In this document: positions 24,052 to 30,577 of the stretch, in pieces
Layout of the letters: every line of letters starts with the position of its first letter
How positions within the stretch are numbered: position 1 is the stretch's first letter
NCBI GenBank assembly: GCA_028279045.1
Contig: JANQSZ010000030.1
Coordinates: forward strand, 1 to 30,979
Length of the DNA stretch: 30,979 nucleotides
Direction of reading: 5' to 3'
Source of the DNA: Candidatus Nanoarchaeia archaeon
Lineage (GTDB): Archaea > Nanobdellota > Nanobdellia > Woesearchaeales > UBA10216
The notes under the pieces: model-generated
What the model saw: the letters and a program-made list of their open reading frames with translations, nothing else
What the model was told of the DNA's origin: nothing
Databases searched by the model: none
Position numbers and translations under genes: made by a program

Positions 24052-25263
24052 CTAAATAATTACATTGATGAAGATGTAGATGAACGTTAATGGAATGAAT
24101 GAGATAAGATAGACTGATTTCTTCCAGGCCCATACCTTCTTGCCGCCGAATGGAGTAAAGGGAAGCATTTGTAGGAATGTAATGCCTAATGCGAGCAGCA
24201 TCACCATTTGGTAGATAGTTGATGGGTTGAGGAAGTTGAGAACAAAGAAAACTCCGAAAGCGATGAACGTCATGAAATTGACGATGAATGCGTGCTTACC
24301 TTCGTGCTCGTTTTCCTTTTCATCAGAAGCAACATAGCCTGCTAGCGAGAAGGTGTTACCGAGCCACGCTGTTAACGCGGTAACGATTGCGCCGTACAAC
24401 CAAATCTTGTATTCGGTATGGAGGCCGTGTTTCTTGTCTAAATAAAGACGCACTCCATTACGAACTGCGTAGACAACCATGTTAACGACAATTGTTAAGA
24501 GGAAAAATTGTGCTGCAGGAGAATTTGGAGAGAGATACATGTATCCTAGAGAGATTGCAAATATGGATGCAGAAATTAAGATGGCGAACCATTCTCGTAA
24601 TTTGAGGCGGACACCAGCTGCGTGGAAACCAAGGAACTCGTCCTTGACAGATTTTTTGTTTACCCATTTCATTACTTTGCTGGCGAGGAACAATGAGAAT
24701 ACTCGTTTGAGTACTTTTATGATAAGTTGCCAGAACCACAAGAATGAGATACCGACTAGCGTTGCGGCAGCAGGAACGTATTCTTCTGGGATGACTTTAT
24801 TGAGTGGTGAACGAGAAGCAGCTGTTTGCGGTTCGTTGGCATGACCTGTTTTATCGGAGACAACCATGAACCTGCCTTGTGGTCCTTCAAGAAATGTTGT
24901 GATGCCAACGCTAGTTGCGTCTTCATCTTTGGTTAGTGTGGGATCGTTAATGAGATCATTTGAGTATTCAGAATTCTTCGGGCCGCCGATGACGATAACT
25001 GTTTTGCCTTCAATAGCTTCTGGTGTTAGATCTTCTTCTGCAATGCGCTCGACGCTTGCTAATTGACTGTATTTCTCTTGAACAAACGCAAGGGTTGCTT
25101 TCTCTGTTAATGAAGCGTGCTGGCCTTCAACAATAATAATGTCAGGGTTTTCCTGCACAAACTCACGAACTTTGACTTCTAACTCTGCCAGGTCTTCTGT
25201 GAGTTGAGCAGACGCTACCGGAAGCAAGAAAAGGAGTAGTAAGAGTACACCAGCTTTTTTCAC
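24052..25263 (-). CDS. membrane protein with signal peptide, extracytoplasmic domain and a C-terminal polytopic domain resembling a degenerate site-2 protease (M50) core
   Basis: Signal MKKAGVLLLLLFLLPVASAQ. The segments YAVRNGVRLYLDKKHGLHTEYKIWLYGA and LQMLPFTPFGGKKVW align by eye with the M50 HExxH-helix/KKxG and NxxPxxxxDGG regions, but the metal ligands are substituted. A separate HEGKH string is present. GTG start with GGTGAT SD. Confidence 0.35.
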   Translation of the reverse strand: MKKAGVLLLLLFLLPVASAQLTEDLAELEVKVREFVQENPDIIIVEGQHASLTEKATLAFVQEKYSQLASVERIAEEDLTPEAIEGKTVIVIGGPKNSEYSNDLINDPTLTKDEDATSVGITTFLEGPQGRFMVVSDKTGHANEPQTAASRSPLNKVIPEEYVPAAATLVGISFLWFWQLIIKVLKRVFSLFLASKVMKWVNKKSVKDEFLGFHAAGVRLKLREWFAILISASIFAISLGYMYLSPNSPAAQFFLLTIVVNMVVYAVRNGVRLYLDKKHGLHTEYKIWLYGAIVTALTAWLGNTFSLAGYVASDEKENEHEGKHAFIVNFMTFIAFGVFFVLNFLNPSTIYQMVMLLALGITFLQMLPFTPFGGKKVWAWKKSVYLISFIPLTFIYIFINVII

Positions 25264-25295
25264 CTAATCACCATAACTCTGGAAAGAAACGTGGT

Positions 25296-25565
25296 TTATA
25301 AAGGTTGGGATATGTCATACTGGCGCATTTCTTCTTGCTGCTCTCTTCTGAACGCTTCATAAATAAGCGGTCGCTCATTGCGCATCTGTTCATCGTTGAT
25401 AAATGCAGTGCGGGCGATGGATGCTGTAAGGTTTACCATGCTGGTGTATCCGAGTACTTCGTCTTGCCGTCCTTCGTGTGCAATTTCATCAAGCTGCGCT
25501 CCATAATGAGACATGAAATGCTCTAAGTCTTTCTGTAGTGGGCTTTTTTCATTGTTGTTTGTCAT
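25296..25565 (-). CDS. hypothetical small helical protein
   Basis: 89-aa ORF, divergent from the 25718 ORF. No motif recognised. Confidence 0.45.
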   Translation of the reverse strand: MTNNNEKSPLQKDLEHFMSHYGAQLDEIAHEGRQDEVLGYTSMVNLTASIARTAFINDEQMRNERPLIYEAFRREQQEEMRQYDISQPL

Positions 25566-25717
25566 AGAGAATTATTTGTTTCTTGTTAAAAGAAAGGTTT
25601 CTGAAGAAAAAGCAAAAATGATTCGACCTGTTTCGAAAATCTTCCGGTTTTCGTCGGGAAATTCACTTAAAAGAACATTAGACTACGTTGAAGTTACAAA
25701 CAATTAGGTGATGCGAC

Positions 25718-25945
25718 ATGTACAAAAGCGAAGAAATGATGAGAGATTTTAGCGATGCATTGTTTGAAATGGTCCAAAAATATTGCGACGATTTTCAAGA
25801 AGATCCAAGTCAGTACACTACTGCAGATGTAATCGGAATTTTCAACTTGGGTCTTGATTTCCTTAGCATTAGAGAACTTTCTCGAGATCCGCGAAGATCA
25901 AAGACGATTGAGATGCTTGATGAAGTACGCGCAAACTATAAATAG
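25718..25945 (+). CDS. hypothetical small helical protein
   Basis: 75-aa ORF with AGGTGAT SD at 25703..25709. Its 3' end contains the TATA of the next gene. Confidence 0.5.
   Translation: MYKSEEMMRDFSDALFEMVQKYCDDFQEDPSQYTTADVIGIFNLGLDFLSIRELSRDPRRSKTIEMLDEVRANYK
25936..25945 (+). promoter_or_regulatory. TATA box of the ATPase gene (leaderless), embedded in the last codons of the upstream ORF
   Basis: CTATAAATAG is centred 27 nt upstream of the ATG at 25967. Confidence 0.5.
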
Positions 25946-25966
25946 ACTTGATATAGTGGCAAGTTC

Positions 25967-26776
25967 ATGCCACGAAAGAAACATCACCCTGCTGTTGCTG
26001 CGAGTGGAGCAATAGCAAAAGGACTCTGGTGGGTGAGTAAAAAGACTGGGAAAGGCGTCGTAGCTGTTGCTAAAAAGAGTGGGAAGGCTGCGAAGAAACG
26101 CAGAGTGAAAACCCGGAAGACGAAGCCGACAGAGAAAGGATACGAGCAGTTGAAAATAGTTAACTCTGTAGCAGGGGAGTTTGATGATTTTTTGAACGTG
26201 CTGCACAACAGAAGCACGATTGCACTTGTGTTTGGTAAGAGAGGAAGCGGAAAGTCAACACTTGGCTTTAGATTGTTGGAAAACTTGCGGAGTAAAACAG
26301 GACGGCCTTGTTTTGTTCTCGGAGTGAAGCAAGATTTGTTACCGAACTGGATACAAGAAATTAGTGATATAGAAGCTGTTGAAAATGGCGGCGTTGTTTT
26401 GGTAGATGAAGGGGCTGTGACGTTTAATTCTCGCGAATCGATGCGGGAACAGAATGTTGAGCTTGGTAAATTGTTAGCGATTGCGCGTCATAAGGATTTA
26501 TCTGTCATTTTCTTGACGCAAAATACAGGAAGTATTGACAAAAACGTGTTGAACCTTGCGGACATTATTTTTGCAAAAGAAGGAAGTTTGTTACAACAAC
26601 AAATGGAACGTGCTGCTTTGCGGAACTTTGTTACGAAAGCAGATGGGGCGATTAAAGAGTATCCGAAGCATGAGCGAGTTTCCTATTCTTACGTGTTCTC
26701 AGATGACTTTGAGGGATTGCTGCACGTGCCTCTACCTAGTTTCTGGGACGAGAACGTGAGTAAGAGTCATTCGTAA
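25967..26776 (+). CDS. P-loop NTPase, HerA/FtsK-superfamily-like (A32-like / plasmid-virus type), with a Lys-rich N-terminal tail
   Basis: Walker A VFGKRGSGKST, Walker B GVVLVDEGA, and then LLAIARHKDLSVIFLTQNTGSIDKNVL, which resembles the arginine-finger/sensor region of HerA/FtsK-type ATPases. The first ~55 aa are K/R/A-rich. Confidence 0.65.
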   Translation: MPRKKHHPAVAASGAIAKGLWWVSKKTGKGVVAVAKKSGKAAKKRRVKTRKTKPTEKGYEQLKIVNSVAGEFDDFLNVLHNRSTIALVFGKRGSGKSTLGFRLLENLRSKTGRPCFVLGVKQDLLPNWIQEISDIEAVENGGVVLVDEGAVTFNSRESMREQNVELGKLLAIARHKDLSVIFLTQNTGSIDKNVLNLADIIFAKEGSLLQQQMERAALRNFVTKADGAIKEYPKHERVSYSYVFSDDFEGLLHVPLPSFWDENVSKSHS

Positions 26777-26812
26777 GCAAAGTTTATATAGAGCGTTTTC
26801 TCTAGAATTTCT

Positions 26813-27853
26813 ATGAAATGGGCCGTGATTGTGCTTCTGTTCTTAGCTGCGTGTACTCCTGCAGCTGAGGAGGCTGTGGTTGATATCGACTTTGTTGAAG
26901 AAGTTGAAGAGCTAGAGCCAGTCGATCCGAGTCCGGAGCCGGAAGTTGTTCCGGAAGCAATGGCGCGTTTCCAAATTGAACGGAGTAATGCAGAATGGTC
27001 GCCTGAAGACGATCGGTTGATTGCAAACTACTTTCTTTACGAAGACGGTGAGCCACTAGTTGACGCACCGTTTGTTATTGAATATACGGTAGATGGCGAA
27101 GTTGAACGACAAGAAGGACGGACGACGAAAATTGGCAAAGCAGAAGCGTTGTTGAAAGAACCTGAACCAGGAGTATATTCTTTTGTGCTTTTGGATGTTG
27201 ACGGAGAATCGCTTGACAACGAAGTGTTGGATGTGCTTGTAACTTCTACCAAATTAACGTTTAGCGATCTTAGTGTGGAATACCGACGAGGAGAAGATTA
27301 TCCTGTCGGCGGTGTTGTGCTGTTTTTCTGGGAGACGGAAAAGTTCTTTGATAGGAATGCTCGGGTTGAACTAGAATTTGAATGGCCAGATGGCGATTCG
27401 GAAACACATGTTGTTGATTACAATAGAACAATTCAGTTTGCGATGCAGTACACTAGTGATGAACCAGGAGCGAAGTATCGTGCGCGCGTGTTGCGTGTTT
27501 TAGATGGTGATGCAAGCGAAGGGGAGATTGTGTATACTGTTCCGGATCGCGATATCACTGTTGTTAACTCTGGTGTTATTGAACGTGTGGATCCAGAAGA
27601 TGAAACAGAGAAACCAACGTTCTGGTGGAAGCTGGATCAGGATGGGAAGGGGATGTTCGATGTTGTGCTGGATGTGGAATGGGTAGAAGGATCTGCCCAA
27701 TGGTTTGAGCAATCTGATGCAGAAGGGAATGTGTATGCGTATGTGGATAGCTACCTTGGAAATGGGGTTGCGATGAGCATTGTGAGCGCTTCTCGCTCAG
27801 ATGGCGGGTCAGGCTCCTATACAGGAGATGGCGACGATCTCGTACTGAGCTAA
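26813..27853 (+). CDS. secreted acidic lipoprotein, beta-rich
   Basis: MKWAVIVLLFLAACTP has a lipobox-like LAAC, followed by an acidic linker and beta-strand-like repeats. TTTATATA (26783..26790) is centred about 26 nt upstream (leaderless). Confidence 0.6.
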   Translation: MKWAVIVLLFLAACTPAAEEAVVDIDFVEEVEELEPVDPSPEPEVVPEAMARFQIERSNAEWSPEDDRLIANYFLYEDGEPLVDAPFVIEYTVDGEVERQEGRTTKIGKAEALLKEPEPGVYSFVLLDVDGESLDNEVLDVLVTSTKLTFSDLSVEYRRGEDYPVGGVVLFFWETEKFFDRNARVELEFEWPDGDSETHVVDYNRTIQFAMQYTSDEPGAKYRARVLRVLDGDASEGEIVYTVPDRDITVVNSGVIERVDPEDETEKPTFWWKLDQDGKGMFDVVLDVEWVEGSAQWFEQSDAEGNVYAYVDSYLGNGVAMSIVSASRSDGGSGSYTGDGDDLVLS

Positions 27854-27861
27854 CAGAAGGA

Positions 27862-27869
27862 TTTATAAA
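27862..27869 (+). promoter_or_regulatory. candidate TATA box giving a ~220-nt leader for csp
   Basis: TTTATAAA is the only TATA-like element between the upstream stop (27853) and the csp ATG (28115). It is followed by TAGTCA-a-TAGTCA (27884..27896) at the predicted start site. Confidence 0.4.
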
Positions 27870-27989
27870 GGGATAGCGTCTCGTAGTCAATAGTCAGTAT
27901 CAGTGGTGATTTCTGATTCAACAAGCATATGAATTGCACGCAAGGGAATGGAACAGACCAAATAGTCAGATTTCGTTCTGGAGCATACA

Positions 27990-28118
27990 GTGGTTGATTA
28001 CAAAATTGTGCGCTACTGTTGGCTTTGCAAAAAGCGATTTGTTGTTGGAAAAGGAGAATCAAAACGAAATTCCTGTGATGACTGTCAAGAAAAACTAAAC
28101 CGAGAGGAATCAGAATGA
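27990..28118 (+). CDS. possible small zinc-ribbon protein / upstream ORF overlapping the csp start
   Basis: Not in the track. Open frame from 27966 with no ATG; candidate GTG starts at 27990 and 28008. It encodes ...YCWLCKKRFVVGKGESKRNSCDDCQEKLNREESE (C-x2-C-x17-C-x2-C). Its TGA (28116..28118) overlaps the csp ATG (28115..28117). Confidence 0.35.
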   Translation: MVDYKIVRYCWLCKKRFVVGKGESKRNSCDDCQEKLNREESE

Positions 28119-28306
28119 ACGGAACAGTAAAATTTTTTAACCAGAGTAAGGGATTCGGCTTCATTGCCGGAGACGACGAAAAAGAATACTTCGTGCATGT
28201 AAGTGCATTGAAGGAAGGCGAAACTTTGAATGACGGCGACGCTGTTACATTTGAAGTAGAGCAAGGCGATCGCGGTCCTAAAGCAGTTAATGTGAATAAG
28301 GCGTAA
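28115..28306 (+). CDS. csp: cold-shock protein (CspA family, CSD)
   Basis: MNGTVKFFNQSKGFGFI (RNP1) ... EYFVHVSAL (RNP2) ... GPKAVNV. 63 aa. Confidence 0.93.
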   Translation: MNGTVKFFNQSKGFGFIAGDDEKEYFVHVSALKEGETLNDGDAVTFEVEQGDRGPKAVNVNKA

Positions 28307-28311
28307 TTGTG

Positions 28312-28325
28312 TTTTTTCTTTTTTT
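28312..28325 (+). terminator. oligo-T terminator after csp
   Basis: ttttttcttttttt starts 6 nt after the stop and is followed by TTTATAAA (28333..28340) for the next gene. Confidence 0.5.
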
Positions 28326-28371
28326 CATTATTTTTATAAATGGCTTCTGATTACTTTTTTCCGGTGTTACG

Positions 28372-29187
28372 ATGACCCTTGAAAAAGCTATAGATGTGTA
28401 CGTATCTCTTCTTGAGCGAGGAGGCCGAGTGTTGACTCCGAGAGAAGTAGATCTCAGAAAGCTTGCAGACTTGCGTGCTGCTGCCCAGGAATCTGAAGCA
28501 GCGTTAGAGGGCTTTGGAACGCTTGAGGATGTACGCAATTTCGGAATACGGCTTGTTCGAGATCCAGATCGCATTACAGCATCCAGTTTCTACAACTTTG
28601 CTTTTGATGAAGCAGATTTTACACTGAGCATTTATGCAGAGGATGATCATGAAAGAAAGGAAGCACCAATAAAAGTTATTGAAGTGAATCAATCCCAGGG
28701 ATTGATACTCCGTTCTGTTTTTGGTTCAGGTGGAGATCACGTGAACAGAGCTGAGTTTTGCGAACAATATGGGTTTAGCAGAAGCGCTTTAGGGGTTCAT
28801 TTAGCGAGATTGCGCAGAAAAGTTGGAGTTCCAATCGTTGAATCACACTATGTTGGTAGCATGCGATTGCACAGACAACTAGACGAGCCTGTTCAGATTG
28901 GTGATGTGGAATACGATCCAGGAACAGGAAAAGCACTTCAGAATGGAAGCGAAATTCGAATACACAGCGGACCTCAGCAAGTCCTTAACGCACTTCTTGA
29001 TAACAGAGGGCAAGTACTGTCTCTTCAAAATCTTGCAGACCTGTCGAGTATCACTAGACCCGCCTCGGCGCTCACATACATTAGCAGAATTAGAAGTGCT
29101 ATCGACCCTAAGGTTATTGAAACAGTTGAAGGGGGATATCGCATGCCTCTTCAAGAAGAACTTAATCAAAATAATCTTCGTAGCTGA
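28372..29187 (+). CDS. DNA-binding protein with two tandem OmpR/PhoB-type winged-helix domains and no receiver domain
   Basis: Domain 1: NQSQGLILRSVF...VNRAEFCEQYG...ALGVHLARLRRKVGVPIVES...GSMRL. Domain 2: GPQQVLNALLDNRGQVLSLQNLADL...ASALTYISRIRSAIDPKVIETVEGGYRM. Both fit the Trans_reg_C pattern (L..L....G.V.S...L.........A....I.R+R..+....I.TV.G.GYR+). Confidence 0.7.
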   Translation: MTLEKAIDVYVSLLERGGRVLTPREVDLRKLADLRAAAQESEAALEGFGTLEDVRNFGIRLVRDPDRITASSFYNFAFDEADFTLSIYAEDDHERKEAPIKVIEVNQSQGLILRSVFGSGGDHVNRAEFCEQYGFSRSALGVHLARLRRKVGVPIVESHYVGSMRLHRQLDEPVQIGDVEYDPGTGKALQNGSEIRIHSGPQQVLNALLDNRGQVLSLQNLADLSSITRPASALTYISRIRSAIDPKVIETVEGGYRMPLQEELNQNNLRS

Positions 29188-29581
29188 ACGATTTTCTTCC
29201 TTCGTAGGTGCAGTTTCCTTTCTCGTCGATGATGTTGCCGAGGAATTCTCTAAATTCTGCGCGCATTAGTGTGCAATCGCTGCAACGTTTGAAATCAGTT
29301 CCTACTTTTATTGTGAAATTCTTTTCGTCTTGCCGTTCTAATTTTGTTGGAGTAGATAGTCTCGATTGAACTTGATTAAATATTGTGGTGATGAAACGGT
29401 CATCGGTGATCGCGTCGGATAACGTTAAATGAAGGATGCATTCTTTTGGGGCGTCTAATTTTGTTACTTCTCTTCTTACTTTCATAATCTTGTGATGCTT
29501 CATCTTGTATTCTTTTTCTTCTCGTGACTTTTGCATATGAGAAGGAAGTTTTATTGAACCATCAGGATTGAATTCGACCAT
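29162..29581 (-). CDS. hypothetical protein
   Basis: 139-aa ORF with a 26-nt convergent overlap with the wHTH gene. No motif recognised. Confidence 0.5.
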   Translation of the reverse strand: MVEFNPDGSIKLPSHMQKSREEKEYKMKHHKIMKVRREVTKLDAPKECILHLTLSDAITDDRFITTIFNQVQSRLSTPTKLERQDEKNFTIKVGTDFKRCSDCTLMRAEFREFLGNIIDEKGNCTYEGRKSFSYEDYFD

Positions 29582-29616
29582 AGGAAATTTAAGAAAGTGA
29601 TTGTTGATAAAGATTG

Positions 29617-29886
29617 TTATAACAGATAACTTTCAAATGCATCATCAAAGGCTTGCCTACCTGCTTCTGTCAAAACGACGTTAGCATAACCCCGGAAATA
29701 CTTTGCTTTACGCAGTGCATGTACATCGCGCTCAACAGAAGACCTGTTTTTCCGGTATTGAAAGTCACAATGACCAAGATCTGCTTCCTTGAACGAATCA
29801 CCAGGTTCCAGTTCTCGAATCGCTTCTATGAACGGAACACCAGATACAATCACTTCTGTTCCTACTATCATATATTCTGTCTGCAT
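29617..29886 (-). CDS. hypothetical small protein, possible C-terminal winged-helix
   Basis: 89 aa. The C-terminal ...VHALRKAKYFRGYANVVLTEAGRQAF resembles the recognition-helix/wing end of MarR/PadR-like wHTH proteins. This is weak. Confidence 0.4.
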   Translation of the reverse strand: MQTEYMIVGTEVIVSGVPFIEAIRELEPGDSFKEADLGHCDFQYRKNRSSVERDVHALRKAKYFRGYANVVLTEAGRQAFDDAFESYLL

Positions 29887-29940
29887 TCACAACACCAGCC
29901 AAGCAGAGTCTTGATGGTGTTTTTAAATTTGATGGATATA

Positions 29941-30369
29941 TCAGAAGAAGCTCTGTGTTGATGCATACGCGTCGCAACCGGCAATGGCGAGAATTGCTAA
30001 GAGAATCAGTGCAATGCCAATTCTGAGTCGTAATGTTTCAGAGATTTTGTGGAGTACAACGAAGAATGCAACATATGATGCCAAATAGGCACCCATTAAG
30101 ATAAATCCGAGTAATTCGTTCTTCACACTAAAAAGATGCAGGAACCCGCTACCAAGCATTTGGAAACCCATGAGATTCATAGATGCGGCAATCAGTGGCA
30201 CCCAAACTAGATCCTTGGGAAAAAGTCCTCCAGAAACTACTGTGGAAAACGCAAAAATCAACAAATCAATGATGACTTTGGCCACATACAATCCAACTGG
30301 CATGACCATCCAAAACGTTCTTTTTTCAAATTTTTTTTCTGTGTAAGCTTTCAATCTCTGGAAGTCCAT
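29941..30369 (-). CDS. four-TM membrane protein
   Basis: 142-aa ORF with four hydrophobic helices, located directly downstream (minus sense) of the tRNA at 30413..30526. Confidence 0.55.
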   Translation of the reverse strand: MDFQRLKAYTEKKFEKRTFWMVMPVGLYVAKVIIDLLIFAFSTVVSGGLFPKDLVWVPLIAASMNLMGFQMLGSGFLHLFSVKNELLGFILMGAYLASYVAFFVVLHKISETLRLRIGIALILLAILAIAGCDAYASTQSFF

Positions 30370-30412
30370 ACTTGTTTACTTGCTTTGAGAGTATAAAACT
30401 GTTTTGGAAGTG

Positions 30413-30526
30413 CGCCGGCGCAGGGAGATTCAACTCTTGGCTGTCACCACAAAGTTTTTGAACCCCGAAGCCCTAACGGGCACTAAGGTTTGAGCTTAGC
30501 GGCCTCGCCAATGGCCGTGCGCCGGC
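30413..30526 (-). tRNA. class II tRNA-Leu (anticodon CAA) with a 30-nt intron in the T-loop
   Basis: Hand-folded: GCCGGCG-CAC-GGCC-AUUGGCGA-GGCC-G-CUAAG-CUCAAAC-CUUAG-U-GCCC-GUUA-GGGC-UU-CGGGG-UUCAAA[30-nt intron]U-CCCUG-CGCCGGC-G. The acceptor stem is identical to the tRNA at 21547..21715. Mature length is about 84 nt. No encoded CCA. Confidence 0.8.
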
Positions 30527-30577
30527 ACAAAACATTTTATGTCGGCACTTCTTTTTATTCGCTACGCGCGTTAAAAT

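Noticed and set aside
27850-28164. 104-aa minus-strand ORF spanning the csp leader and start
   Set aside because: It overlaps the csp start and the leader on the opposite strand, has no promoter or SD, and translates to low-information hydrophobic sequence.
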